Below are positions 18,628-28,400 of a DNA stretch of 50,194 nt, piece after piece. The translations under genes and the position numbers were made by a program. Position 1 is the first letter of the stretch. Each line of letters opens with the position of its first letter. Source of the DNA: Trueperaceae bacterium (GTDB taxonomy: Bacteria; Deinococcota; Deinococci; Deinococcales; Trueperaceae). Under the pieces are notes generated by a model. That model made no database searches and had not been told where the DNA came from. It saw nothing but the letters and a program-made list of their open reading frames with translations. The stretch is from contig DATGNP010000071.1 of NCBI GenBank assembly GCA_035306665.1, positions 1-50,194 of the forward strand. The letters are read 5' to 3'.

Positions 18628-20868
18628 CTAGCCGAGCGCGCCGGCGCGCCACGGGCCGGCTTCCGGCGACCCCAGCCACGCGTCGAGCGTCTCGCTGGCG
18701 TGCCGGTAACCGACCGCGATCGTCTCCTCGTGGTGGTCGAACTCCAGCGAGGTCACGGCACTCGACGGGTAGGTCACGACCAGGTCGGCGTACCTCGCGG
18801 CCTCGTCGAGCAGGCGCTTGCTCGCCAGCGAGGTCGCCCGCATCAGGGTCCCCAGCAGGCTCGGCGCCTTGACCCGCGGGCCGAACGGGAGCAGCTTCGA
18901 GCGCAGCACCGCCCACCCGGACACGTCGTCCCCGAAGGACATGGGCTTGCCGTCGGTCTTGCCGCCGTAGGCGTTCGAGGCGATCACCGTGCCGGCGCCG
19001 AGGAAGCCCCTCAGCAGGTCGACGGGGAGGTTGTTCATGACGCCGCCGTCGACGAGCACCTCGCTCCCGCCCTCCGCCATCACGGGCGTGAACACGCCGG
19101 GGATCGCGGCCGACGCCCGCACGGCGCGCCACATCGGGCCGCGGTCGTGCAGCCTCAGCTCGGCGTTCGTGAGGCTGGCCGACACGCAGGCGAACGGGAC
19201 CCACAGGTCCTCGACGCGGGTCTCGGGGCCGAACATCGAGCGCAGCGCCTCGTTCACGCGCCGCGACCGCGTCAGGGCGACGAGCGGCAGGGTCCGGTCC
19301 ATGAGCTGCTTCCTGTCGCCGAACCGGCCCGCCAGCCTGCCGCACGCCTCGGCGTCCTGCGTGAGCGCGTACGCGCCGCCGATGACCGCGCCCATCGACG
19401 TGCCGAACACGACGTCGACCGGGACCTCCCGCTCCTCGAGCGCCCGCAGGAGGCCGATGTGGACGTAGCCCCTCGCGCCCCCGCCCGACAGAGCCAGCCC
19501 GACCGCCCTGCCGGCGACGCGGCGGGCCAGGCGGCCGAGGTCGCTGTCACGCCCGAGGCGAACGTGATGGTGGGCCCTCGGCCGCAGGGCGTCGAGCCAG
19601 CGCGCGGTCCCCGCCGGGAGCGCGGTGTCGTCGGGGTGGACGAGCACCAGCTCGCGCGGCAGGTCGTGCGCCGTGCCCTCCTCGGACCCCCGGCCCGCGT
19701 CCGCCGCATGCGGCGCGACCGGCGCCCGGGCCGGGTCCAGGGGCTCCTCGCCCGCGGCCGCCACGAGCAGGGCCGTGTCGGCGAGCTGCAGGCAGCGCCG
19801 GGTCCACGGGGTGGGCTCGGGGTCCGCGACGAGGACGACGTGCTCGTGGTCGCGGAGCTGCTGGTCGAGCCACATCGCGAGGGCGGGCGCGAGGCCGTGG
19901 CCCGCGCCGGCCTGGGACGTGCCCGCGCGTCCGAAGCGCTCGTCTACGGCACGGCTCGAGAGCTCCAGCGTCGGCCCCCAGGCGCGCAGGCGCGCGACGA
20001 CGGCGGCCGCGACGGCGTCCACGGGGGCGCCGGAGGAGGCGGGCAGGAACACGACCCTCGCCCCCGCCGTGCCGTCGACGCCGGGGTGGGTGGACCTCGC
20101 GATCAGGTCGCCGGCGAGCCGCGCCATGAACCTGGCGCTGGCGGCCGCCGCCCCGGCCGGGAAGGCCGCGACGTCGGTCTCCCTGAGCGCGACGACGGCG
20201 TGACGCCTGGCGCCGTCCCCGACGACTGCTGACTCCCCCACGACGGCGCCGCGACCGGCGGTGCGGACGCGCTCGCCGGACTCGTCCCTGACCGCCAGCA
20301 GCCCGGACACGACGAGGTAGACCTCCTCGGCGGGGTCGCCCAGACCGAAGAGCGCCTCGCCGCGCGCCAGGCGGCGCCACACGGCGCGCGCGTGCCACGC
20401 GGCCACGTCGGCGTCCGTGGCCGCTCCGAAGCGGTCGGCCAGCAGGGGCGCGAGCTGCGCCCGCTCGAGCCGGGGCGCCGTGACGGCGTGGACGGACTCG
20501 AGGAGCGCGGGGTGCGTGGCCACGAGGTGCTCGAAGTCCGACCGCACCAGGCGCCACAGGAGCGCCCCGTCGCCCGCGGCCGTCACCGTCGCGCTGCGCT
20601 CCGGCGCCGTGAGCAGGGCCATCTCGCCGACGACCGACCCGGGCCCCAGCCTGTCGACGACGGCGCCGTCCACCGCGACGGCGAGCTCGCCCCTCTCCAG
20701 CAGGCACATGAAGTCGCCGACCTCCCCCTGGCGGAACAGGGTCTCCCCCTGCTCGAGCGCGAGCGGCTCGAACCGGGTCGCCAGCGCGTCGAGGTCGTGC
20801 GCGGCGAGGCCGGAGAAGACGGGGACCTGGGCGAGGAGCTGGCGGACGGCGTGCGAGGTGGCTGTCAA
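18628..20868 (-). CDS. Patatin-like phospholipase with two N-terminal cyclic-nucleotide-binding domains (NTE-like architecture)
   Basis: Two CAP_ED-like modules ([18 protein letters not shown] ... GEMALL, and [10 protein letters not shown] ... VGESAV). Patatin motifs follow: [17 protein letters not shown] and VDGGVMNN. The proposed TTG start at 20868 follows GGGGAGA. The ORF is open up to 21156. Confidence 0.8.
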   Translation of the reverse strand: MTATSHAVRQLLAQVPVFSGLAAHDLDALATRFEPLALEQGETLFRQGEVGDFMCLLERGELAVAVDGAVVDRLGPGSVVGEMALLTAPERSATVTAAGDGALLWRLVRSDFEHLVATHPALLESVHAVTAPRLERAQLAPLLADRFGAATDADVAAWHARAVWRRLARGEALFGLGDPAEEVYLVVSGLLAVRDESGERVRTAGRGAVVGESAVVGDGARRHAVVALRETDVAAFPAGAAAASARFMARLAGDLIARSTHPGVDGTAGARVVFLPASSGAPVDAVAAAVVARLRAWGPTLELSSRAVDERFGRAGTSQAGAGHGLAPALAMWLDQQLRDHEHVVLVADPEPTPWTRRCLQLADTALLVAAAGEEPLDPARAPVAPHAADAGRGSEEGTAHDLPRELVLVHPDDTALPAGTARWLDALRPRAHHHVRLGRDSDLGRLARRVAGRAVGLALSGGGARGYVHIGLLRALEEREVPVDVVFGTSMGAVIGGAYALTQDAEACGRLAGRFGDRKQLMDRTLPLVALTRSRRVNEALRSMFGPETRVEDLWVPFACVSASLTNAELRLHDRGPMWRAVRASAAIPGVFTPVMAEGGSEVLVDGGVMNNLPVDLLRGFLGAGTVIASNAYGGKTDGKPMSFGDDVSGWAVLRSKLLPFGPRVKAPSLLGTLMRATSLASKRLLDEAARYADLVVTYPSSAVTSLEFDHHEETIAVGYRHASETLDAWLGSPEAGPWRAGALG

Positions 20869-21007
20869 GGTCTCCCCTTGTGCGGCGTTGCGGAGTCGCC
20901 ACCAAGGTAGCAGCCGCGCGGGCCGCCTGGCACGGATCCGGTCCCGGGCCGCGGTCGTGGTGAGGGAGCGTGCACGCGGCGAGCGCGCGCCTGGGTAGCC
21001 TGTCGGG

Positions 21008-22249
21008 ATGAGCGAGAAGCTGTCCGCCGCCGAGGCCCGGCGCGTGTTCCTCCACGCCCAGGGCCTGGCGCGGCGCCGACCGAGCGGACGCGTCGGCGTG
21101 CGCCGCTTCCGCGAGTACCTGCGAAGGCAGGGCGTCCTGCAGCTCGACAGCGTCAACGTGCTGGCCCGGGCGCACTACCTGCCGCTCTTCTCGCGCTTCG
21201 GCGCCTACGACCACGCCGCCCTCGACGACTACCTGTGGTCCTCGGGCGAGACCTTCGAGCATTGGGGCCACCAGGCCTCGGTGATGCCTCGCTCGCTCCT
21301 GCCGGCGCTGCGCCACCGCATGGCGTACGAGGAGGAGCGGTGGTCGCGGTGGCTCGCGAAGCAGAAGAGCGAGCGCCTCACGCCCGCGCTCTTCGCGGCG
21401 GTCGAGCGCGCCGTGCACGAGCGCGGGCCCCTCAGCGCCAAGGACCTGGAGCACCTCGAGGCCCGAGGCAGGCGCCGCGGGAGCTGGTGGGACTGGAGCG
21501 ACACCAAGCTCGCCCTCGAGTACCTGTTCATCACGGGCCGCGCCGCGGTCGCGGCGCGGCCGAACTTCCAGCGCCTCTACGCGTCTCCCGCGCAGGTCTG
21601 GGGCGAGCACGCCTGCCTGCCGGCGCTCGAGCGGCGCGAGGCCCAACAGGCCCTCTTCGACCTGGCGCTGGCGGCCAACGGGATCGGCACCGTCGCCGAC
21701 CTGGCCGACCACTTCAGGCTGAAGGTCACCGACGCGAGGCCCCTGGCCGAGTCGGCCGTGGCCCGCGGCCTGGCGCGCTGGGTGCGGGTCGAGGGCTGGC
21801 AGCAGCGGGCCCTGCTGCACGCGGACGCCACGGACCCCGGCCGTGCGACGGGCGCCGCCCTGCTGTCGCCGTTCGACCCCGCGTGCTGGTTCCGCGACAG
21901 GCTCCTGCGGCAGTTCGGCATGGACTACCGCATCGAGATCTACACGCCGGCCCACAAGCGGGTGTACGGTTACTACTCCCTGCCGTTCCTCCTCGGCGAC
22001 CAGATGGTCGCGCGCGTCGACCTCAAGGCCGAGCGCAAGGCCGGCGAGCTGCGGGTCCTGTCGGCTTGGGCGGAGGAGTCGCCTGCGCCCGGCGCGCGGC
22101 CGCGGCGGCGGACCGAGGTGGCGGCGGCGCTGGCGCGCGAGCTGCGCCTGATGGCGGCGTGGCTGGGGCTCTCCCACGTCGTCGTGTGCCCCGCCGGCAC
22201 GCTCGCGCCGGCGCTGGCGCGCGAGGTCGCCGCCGGGGGCGAGTCGTGA
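21008..22249 (+). CDS. YcaQ/AlkZ-like winged-helix DNA glycosylase family protein (DUF1006)
   Basis: The translation appears colinear with my recollection of E. coli YcaQ across the whole length: AEARRVFLHAQGL, LQLDSVNVLARAHYLPLFSR, EHWGHQASVMPRS, ALLSPFDPACW, EIYTPAHKRVYGYYSLPFL. Confidence 0.8.
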   Translation: MSEKLSAAEARRVFLHAQGLARRRPSGRVGVRRFREYLRRQGVLQLDSVNVLARAHYLPLFSRFGAYDHAALDDYLWSSGETFEHWGHQASVMPRSLLPALRHRMAYEEERWSRWLAKQKSERLTPALFAAVERAVHERGPLSAKDLEHLEARGRRRGSWWDWSDTKLALEYLFITGRAAVAARPNFQRLYASPAQVWGEHACLPALERREAQQALFDLALAANGIGTVADLADHFRLKVTDARPLAESAVARGLARWVRVEGWQQRALLHADATDPGRATGAALLSPFDPACWFRDRLLRQFGMDYRIEIYTPAHKRVYGYYSLPFLLGDQMVARVDLKAERKAGELRVLSAWAEESPAPGARPRRRTEVAAALARELRLMAAWLGLSHVVVCPAGTLAPALAREVAAGGES

Positions 22250-22737
22250 CGTCGCGGCTCAGCCCCGTCGAGGCCCGGAACCGCCTCATGCTCAGGGCGC
22301 GCGACGAGATGGACCGGCGCTACCGCGAGGAGCTCGACGTCAAGGGGCTGGCCGCCCTGGTCGGCATGTCGCCGGCGCACTTCATCCGGACCTTCAAGGA
22401 GGTCTACGGCGAGACCCCGCACCGCTACCTGCAGCGCCGGCGGGTCGAGCGGGCGATGTACCTGCTCCGGGAGCAGGAGCGCAGCGTCACCGACGCCTGC
22501 TTCGACGTGGGGTTCAACAGCCTCGGCACGTTCAGCCGCACGTTCAAGGAGATCGTCGGCGCCTCGCCCGCCGCGTACCGCCGGGGCAAGGGGCCGGCGC
22601 CGGTGCCGTCGTGCTTCGTCGCCGCGTGGACGCGGCCGAGCACTTTCGGAGAAGCACCCGGCGGCGCGCGTCCCTACAGTGACCCCCAGGCCGCAGGGGA
22701 CGACGCGAGCCCCGAGGCCGCGGAGGCGACACGATGA
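22246..22737 (+). CDS. AraC family transcriptional regulator (HTH domain only)
   Basis: The GTGA start overlaps the ycaQ-like stop. It has the AraC double HTH: LAALVGMSPAHFIRTFKEVYGETPHRYL ... DACFDVGFNSLGTFSRTFKEIVGASP. Confidence 0.8.
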   Translation: MTSRLSPVEARNRLMLRARDEMDRRYREELDVKGLAALVGMSPAHFIRTFKEVYGETPHRYLQRRRVERAMYLLREQERSVTDACFDVGFNSLGTFSRTFKEIVGASPAAYRRGKGPAPVPSCFVAAWTRPSTFGEAPGGARPYSDPQAAGDDASPEAAEATR

Positions 22738-23198
22738 TCAAGAGCATCAACATCTCGCACGTCTGGGTGTTCGACCAGGACGAGGCGCACGACTTCTACG
22801 TGAACAAGCTGGGCCTCGAGGTCAGCGCCGACATCGACATGGGCCCGATGCGCTGGCTGACGGTCAGGCCGCAGGGCGACCCGACGCGCGAGATCCTCCT
22901 CGAGCTCGTCGCGCCGCCCAGCGTCGACCCCGACGCCGTGGAGAAGATCCGCGAGGTCGTGTCGAAGGGCGCCTCCGGCTTCGCCGTCGGGTTCACCACC
23001 GACGACGCCCGCGCGACGTGCGAGGCCCTGAGGGCGAAGGGCGTGCTGATCCGCGAGGAGCCGGAGGAGCGGCCGTACGGCATCGACTTCGCGATCCGCG
23101 ACCCGTTCGGGAACCACATCCGCATCGTCGAGCAGCGGCCCTTCCAGATGCCCGCCGATTGGGAGGGCACGGTGGCGGACGCCCCCAGCGGCGACTGA
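22734..23198 (+). CDS. VOC (glyoxalase/bleomycin-resistance/dioxygenase) family protein
   Basis: ATGA overlap with the AraC stop. INISHVWVFDQDEAHDFYVNKLGLEV ... FAIRDPFGNHIRI follows the typical VOC pattern. Confidence 0.8.
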   Translation: MIKSINISHVWVFDQDEAHDFYVNKLGLEVSADIDMGPMRWLTVRPQGDPTREILLELVAPPSVDPDAVEKIREVVSKGASGFAVGFTTDDARATCEALRAKGVLIREEPEERPYGIDFAIRDPFGNHIRIVEQRPFQMPADWEGTVADAPSGD

Positions 23199-23242
23199 GC
23201 CGCCGCTTCCGGTCGGGCGGCGCGTCGGCTACTCTGACCCGC

Positions 23243-24028
23243 ATGGTCGGAGAGCCCGACGCGCCGCCTCCTCACGTCGCGCTCAACAGGCGCTACTGGG
23301 ACGCCACGGCCGCGTGGTGGGTCGAGCGGGGCGAGCGCGAGTGGGAGCGACGCGAGCCGGTGTGGGGCATCTGGAGCATCCCGGAGTCCGAGCTCCGGCT
23401 GCTGCCCGAGGACATGACGGGCCTCGACGCCGTCGAGCTCGGCTGCGGCACGGCGTACGTGTCCGGCTGGATGGCGCGGCGCGGGGCGAGGGTCACGGGC
23501 ATCGACAACTCGGCCGCGCAGCTCGCCACGGCGCGGCGCCTCGCCGAGCGGCACGGCGTCGCGCTCACGCTGGTGCATGGGGACGCCGAGAGGACCCCGT
23601 TCGCGGACGCGAGCTTCGACTTCGCGATCAGCGAGTACGGCGCCCCCATCTGGTGCGACCCCTACGCCTGGGTCCCCGAGGCGCACCGCGTCCTCCGACC
23701 CGGCGGGCGCCTGGTCTTCATGGGCAACCACCCCTTGCTCGCGCTGTGCAGCCCCGTGGACGGCGGCGACGTCGGCTACCGGCTCGAGCGCGACTACTTC
23801 TCCCTCCACCGCCTCGACTACAGCGCCGTCGCGGACGATCCCGGCGGCGTCGAGTTCAACCTGCCGTTCTCGGGCTGGCTCGCCCTGTTCGCGAGGGTCG
23901 GGTTCGAGGTCGAGGAGCTGCTCGAGCCGCGGGCGCCCGAGACGGCCACCGGCACGGAGTTCGCCGTTCCCGCCGAGTGGGCGAGGCGCTTCCCCAGCGA
24001 GCAGGTCTGGAAGCTGCGCAAGCGGTAG
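23243..24028 (+). CDS. Class I SAM-dependent methyltransferase
   Basis: AVELGCGTAY motif I, then VTGIDNSAAQL, then DFAISEYG. The ATG at 23243 lies inside the longer ORF 22679..24028. Confidence 0.8.
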   Translation: MVGEPDAPPPHVALNRRYWDATAAWWVERGEREWERREPVWGIWSIPESELRLLPEDMTGLDAVELGCGTAYVSGWMARRGARVTGIDNSAAQLATARRLAERHGVALTLVHGDAERTPFADASFDFAISEYGAPIWCDPYAWVPEAHRVLRPGGRLVFMGNHPLLALCSPVDGGDVGYRLERDYFSLHRLDYSAVADDPGGVEFNLPFSGWLALFARVGFEVEELLEPRAPETATGTEFAVPAEWARRFPSEQVWKLRKR

Positions 24029-24040
24029 GCGGCAGGGCCG

Positions 24041-24739
24041 CTACGGCTCCTCGCGCGGGTAGAGGGCGACGCTGAGCACGTAGCCCCTCGTCCCCTCTCG
24101 GCCCGAGCCGCCGCGCTCGAAGCGCTCGAGCGCCGCGTAGAGCAGACGCTGCAGCTCCGTGGCCTCCGCGGCGGTCAGCGCGAGGTCGACGACGTAGTCG
24201 ATGCCGATGCCGCGGCGCGGGTCGAGCCAGTCGAGGCGCGCCGCGGGGTCCCCTGCGCTCTCGATCCACGTCTCCCCGTGCTCGTCGCGGTAGAGGAGCT
24301 GGCCGGACCACCCGTGCTCCCTCAGGCGCTGTGCCTGGACCCTGACCCTCTGCTCCAGGTGCGGCCTGAGCTGCGCGAGCATCCTCTCCTCGAGGCTCGC
24401 GAACGGCGTGAGCTCGTACGGGACGAAGTAGGCGTCGCGCGTCGAGCGGTAGACCTTGACAGGTCTGCCCGGCCGCTTCACCTCGCGCACGACCGTCAGC
24501 AGCCCGGCCCGCAGGAACTGCCGCACGCGGTAGAGCACCGCGTTCAGGTCGGTCCCGGCCTCGCGGGCGGCCTCCGACGCGGTCCTGTCGCGGGCCAGGA
24601 ACGGGCGGAACAGGCGCTGGCTGGCGGCGTCCGTGAGGAGGCGCGCCTGCTCGGGGTCGGTGACGGTGAAGAACCCCGCGCCGCCCGCGGGAGCCGGACC
24701 CGCCCAGCGCTCCGACCTACCTGAACCGTCGTCTGCCAT
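24041..24739 (-). CDS. Winged-helix (ArsR-like) transcriptional regulator, putative
   Basis: An N-terminal HTH-like segment (TASEAAREAGTDLNAVLYRVRQFLRAGLL) and a C-terminal domain of unknown function. It is divergent from the MFS transporter with a 33-nt spacer. Confidence 0.55.
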   Translation of the reverse strand: MADDGSGRSERWAGPAPAGGAGFFTVTDPEQARLLTDAASQRLFRPFLARDRTASEAAREAGTDLNAVLYRVRQFLRAGLLTVVREVKRPGRPVKVYRSTRDAYFVPYELTPFASLEERMLAQLRPHLEQRVRVQAQRLREHGWSGQLLYRDEHGETWIESAGDPAARLDWLDPRRGIGIDYVVDLALTAAEATELQRLLYAALERFERGGSGREGTRGYVLSVALYPREEP

Positions 24740-24772
24740 TCACTGTAGGGTACCCGCCATCCTCGCCTCGAC

Positions 24773-26086
24773 ATGAGGCTCTCGGTCAGGAACGCCTACT
24801 GGCTGGTCACGTCGCTCAACTGGTTCGCCGCGGTGCTGCCGATGCCCGTGATGGTGCTGCTGGCGCAGTCGCGCGGCGTGACGCTGGCCGAGGTCGGCCT
24901 CTACATGGGCGTGTACGCGCTCGTCGTGGCCGCGCTCGAGGTGCCCTCGGGCGCCGTCGCCGACGCGATGGGCCGCAAGCGCGCGTACCTGCTGGGCGGC
25001 GCGCTGACCGTGGTGGCGCGCCTGGTCTACCTGGCGGCGTTCGACCTGTGGGCGTTCGTGCTGTTCGCGGCGCTCTTCGGCGCGGCCCGCGCCCTGACGT
25101 CGGGCGCGCTCGAGGCCTGGTTCGTCGACGCCCTGCAGGCCGAGGACGAGGGCGTGGACCTGCAGCCGGCCCTCGCGACGGCGGGCAGCTTCCAGCTCGC
25201 CGCCCTGGCGCTCGGCACCCTCGGCGGCGGGGCGCTGCCGGCGCTGTTCGCCCGCCTGCCGGAGGCCGGCGCGGTCACGCCGCTCGCCGTCCCTCTGCTC
25301 GTCTCGGCGCTGCTGCAGGTCCTCGTGCTGGCGCTGGCGGCAGCGGTCGTCGTCGAGCGTCGGCCGGCCGCTGCCGGTTCCCTGAGCACGGCCGTGAGCC
25401 CTCTCGCCGTCGTGGCGCTGGTGCGGCAGGCGTTCGTGGCCGTGGCGCGCGCGCCGCGCCTGCGGCTGCTGCTGGCCGCCGACGTCGTCGTCGGCGCCGC
25501 GCTGGCCGCGTCGGAGAACCTGTGGCAGCCGTTCTTCGCGGCGCTCCTGCCCGGCGACGGCGCCGCCGTGGCCGCGGGCGGCGGGACGCTGGCGCTGGGC
25601 GCGATCCTGGGCGGCTCGTTCGCCGTCGGCATCCTCGGGAACCTGCTCGCCACGCGCCTCGCAGCGGCGCTGGGCAGGCGTCACGCGCTGGTCGCCGCGC
25701 TGTTCCAGCTCGCCCAGGGGGCTGCCTTCGTGCTGCTGGCCCTGGCGGGCGGCTTCGTCGCGGCGGCCGCGCTGTTCCTCGGCACCTACCTCGCCCGCGC
25801 CGCCCTGAGCTCGCCGCACATGGCGCTGTACAACCGCGAGGTCACCGCGGACCGGCGCTCGGTGATGCTCTCGGTGCAGTCGCTGGCCTCGTTCGCCGGC
25901 GCCTTCGTCGGGAGCGTGGCGCTGGGGACCCTCGCCGAGGCGGCGTCGATCGCGACCGCCTGGGCCGTCGCCGGCGCGGCCGTGGCCGCGACCTCCCTCC
26001 TCTACCTGCGCCTCGACCGCGAGGCGCGCCGCGAGCGCGGCGCCGCCTACCGCGGCACGAAGCTGTCCGTCGTCGACGACATGTGA
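24773..26086 (+). CDS. MFS transporter
   Basis: 12-TM-like profile and the MFS loop 2-3 motif GAVADAMGRKR. Confidence 0.8.
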   Translation: MRLSVRNAYWLVTSLNWFAAVLPMPVMVLLAQSRGVTLAEVGLYMGVYALVVAALEVPSGAVADAMGRKRAYLLGGALTVVARLVYLAAFDLWAFVLFAALFGAARALTSGALEAWFVDALQAEDEGVDLQPALATAGSFQLAALALGTLGGGALPALFARLPEAGAVTPLAVPLLVSALLQVLVLALAAAVVVERRPAAAGSLSTAVSPLAVVALVRQAFVAVARAPRLRLLLAADVVVGAALAASENLWQPFFAALLPGDGAAVAAGGGTLALGAILGGSFAVGILGNLLATRLAAALGRRHALVAALFQLAQGAAFVLLALAGGFVAAAALFLGTYLARAALSSPHMALYNREVTADRRSVMLSVQSLASFAGAFVGSVALGTLAEAASIATAWAVAGAAVAATSLLYLRLDREARRERGAAYRGTKLSVVDDM

Positions 26087-26493
26087 CGGTAGCCGAGCGC
26101 GGCGAGCTCGCGCAGCACGTCCAGGTCGACGTCGGCGAGCTTGTTCACGTAGACGCAGGAGGCGCCCTGCCGGTGCTTGCCGAGGCGCTGCAGCAGCTCC
26201 TCCGACCCCGGCGCCGAGTTGAACCCGTAGAGCACGAGGTTCGCCTTCCGCGGCGCGAACCCGATCCTGCCAACGTCGCCCTCGCGGCCCGAGGAGTGGC
26301 GGTAGTGGTGGTCGCCGAAGCCGACGATCCCGTACGTCCACACGACCGGCTCCTCGCCGGTGACCTCGCGGAGCAGGCTCACCAGCGCCTCGGCGTCGGC
26401 GCGGCGCCTCCCGTTCTCGATACCGGCCAGGAACTCCTCGATCGGCGTGTCGGTGGGGACCAGCTTGAGCGCGGCGTCCTTCTTGGCAGCCAT
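26047..26493 (-). CDS. DUF1801 (YdhG-like) domain protein
   Basis: IEEFLAGIENGRRRADAEALVSLLREVTGEEPVVW ... VGFAPRKANLVLY pattern. Its 3' end overlaps the MFS gene by 40 nt. Confidence 0.7.
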   Translation of the reverse strand: MAAKKDAALKLVPTDTPIEEFLAGIENGRRRADAEALVSLLREVTGEEPVVWTYGIVGFGDHHYRHSSGREGDVGRIGFAPRKANLVLYGFNSAPGSEELLQRLGKHRQGASCVYVNKLADVDLDVLRELAALGYRHMSSTTDSFVPR

Positions 26494-26542
26494 GCGCCAG
26501 TATGGCAGGCCACGCCCACGGCGCCGGGACCGGCGGCTAGGG

Positions 26543-27118
26543 CTAGGTCGCCTCGGCCGTCGCGGCCTCCGCCTCGGCCGCCTGCAGCACCGCCTGCACG
26601 TCGATCTCGATCCTCACCTTGTTCGCCACCAGCACGCCGCCGGTCTCCAGGGCCTGGTTCCACTTCAGGCCCCAATCCCGCCTATCGATCTCCGTCGAGG
26701 CCGTGAAGCCGACGCGCTCGTTGCCCCACGGGTCCTGCCCACGGCCCTGGAACATCACGTCGAGCACGACCTCCTGGACCGTGTTCGCGATCGTCAGGTC
26801 GCCGGTGACGCGGAAGCGCGCGCCCTCCTCGGGCACGGCGCCCATGACCTGCTTGCTGCGGAACTCGATGTCGGGGTAGTTCTCGGCGTCGAAGAAGTCG
26901 GGGCCGCGCAGGTGCGCGTCGCGATCTGGGGCGCCCGTATCGAGGCTGGCCGCCCTGACCTTGACCTCGCACCACGAGCGGTCGGGGTCCTCCCTGTCGA
27001 GGTGGAGGACCCCCTCGAACTCCTTGAACCGCCCCCGCACCGTCGTGAACATCATGTGCTTCGTCGAGAACTCGATGGTGGAGTGGCTCGGGTCGATGAT
27101 CCAGGTCCTGTACGCCAT
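26543..27118 (-). CDS. YceI family protein
   Basis: WIIDPSHSTIEFSTKHMMFTTVRGRFKEFEG ... LTIANTV is a typical YceI signature. Confidence 0.85.
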   Translation of the reverse strand: MAYRTWIIDPSHSTIEFSTKHMMFTTVRGRFKEFEGVLHLDREDPDRSWCEVKVRAASLDTGAPDRDAHLRGPDFFDAENYPDIEFRSKQVMGAVPEEGARFRVTGDLTIANTVQEVVLDVMFQGRGQDPWGNERVGFTASTEIDRRDWGLKWNQALETGGVLVANKVRIEIDVQAVLQAAEAEAATAEAT

Positions 27119-27264
27119 GGCCGTCCTCCATCTCCGGGAGCGCCCGGGCGTCCATGCTAGGCAGCCCAGATGTGCTGACTAGGTGCCGGGCCGCGGCGCT
27201 CTCACGCGGCACGCGACTGGCTCACGTGGGCGCCGCTAGGCTCGCCGCACGGAGGGAGGCGAAG

Positions 27265-27765
27265 ATGAGGGACACCGCCGCTGACGATACGAAAGCGCCG
27301 GGCACGCGCCCCGGGCGCGACGAGGAGCGGTTCGACGACGACCTCGGCGAGGAGCTGGAGGCCGAGCTGCGCGACCGGGGGAGCCCAGACGCCGTCGACC
27401 CGCTCGGTCCGGACTCCGACGAGGCGACGCCGGGCGGCACCGGCCTCACTGCCGACGCCCTCCCCGGCACGCCCAACGAGGACATGGGCAACCTCGCGGC
27501 GCCGCTGCCCGACGAGGACATGCAGCGCCTCTCCGACGACAACGACCTGGACCCCTCCGGCAGCGTGACGTTCCGACCTCACATGCGCGGCGTCTACGAG
27601 GCCATGGCGCGACGCGACGACATCGCGCGACGCGTGGAGGAGCTGCTCGTCGAGGTGCAGGAGTGGGCGGACGAGGACGGCTCGGACGAGGCCCGTGACG
27701 TTCTGGACGCGCTCGAGGACCTGGCCGAGCGTCTAGGGGAACCGCCGGAGGCCTCGGACACCTGA
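27265..27765 (+). CDS. Hypothetical highly acidic protein
   Basis: The ATG at 27265 is preceded by GGAGGGAGG. The 166-aa product is extremely Asp/Glu-rich with a helical C-terminal third. It has no recognisable domain. Confidence 0.45.
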   Translation: MRDTAADDTKAPGTRPGRDEERFDDDLGEELEAELRDRGSPDAVDPLGPDSDEATPGGTGLTADALPGTPNEDMGNLAAPLPDEDMQRLSDDNDLDPSGSVTFRPHMRGVYEAMARRDDIARRVEELLVEVQEWADEDGSDEARDVLDALEDLAERLGEPPEASDT

Positions 27766-27801
27766 TACGGTGGCCTCGCAAGCGCCCTTGCGAGGTGAGA
27801 G

Positions 27802-28326
27802 ATGGCCGACCAGCAGCCGCACCCCTGGCTCAGGGGACCCGTCGAAGGCGTCCCCGCCGAGCTCCAGCCCGTGGCCCACGCGCTGATCCAGACGCGCGAG
27901 GAGGTCGCCGCGTTCACGGCGGGCTTCCCCGACGCGCTGCTGTGGGAGGGCGTGGCGGGGCTCGCCCCGGTGGGGTTCCACCTCAAGCACATCGCCGGCG
28001 TGATCGACCGCCTGTTCGGCCAGGCGGAGCTGACGACCGTCACCGACGAGATGCGCGCCGCGCTGGCCGTGGAGCGGGCGCACGGCGAGCCCGTGGGCGC
28101 CACGACGGCCTCGCTCGTCGCGGCGGTCGACGCGGCCGTCGACCGCGCCATCGACCAGCTCAGGCGCACCGACCCGAGCACGCTCTACGACCACCGGCCC
28201 GTAGGCTCGAAGCGGCTGCCCTCCACCGTCGCCGGGATGCTGTTCCACGCCGCCGAGCACGCCCAGCGCCACTGCGGCCAGCTGCTCGTGACCACGCGGT
28301 CCCTGCTCGCCGGCGTGGCCGACTAG
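27802..28326 (+). CDS. DinB family protein
   Basis: HLKHIAGVIDRL ... MLFHAAEHAQRHCGQLL, a DinB His pattern. Confidence 0.8.
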   Translation: MADQQPHPWLRGPVEGVPAELQPVAHALIQTREEVAAFTAGFPDALLWEGVAGLAPVGFHLKHIAGVIDRLFGQAELTTVTDEMRAALAVERAHGEPVGATTASLVAAVDAAVDRAIDQLRRTDPSTLYDHRPVGSKRLPSTVAGMLFHAAEHAQRHCGQLLVTTRSLLAGVAD

Positions 28327-28400
28327 GCCGTCTCGGCAGCCGGCCCGGCCGCCGCGACCGGTCGGCTTACGGCCTCGGCGACCCGCGCCGGTCGGGAGCG

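Noticed and set aside
18628-20868. The cNMP-patatin protein as a CBASS-type defence effector.
   Set aside because: There is no CD-NTase or cyclase, Cap2/Cap3 or other defence gene nearby. The sensor domains are CAP-type rather than SAVED/STING-type. The architecture matches housekeeping NTE-like lipases.
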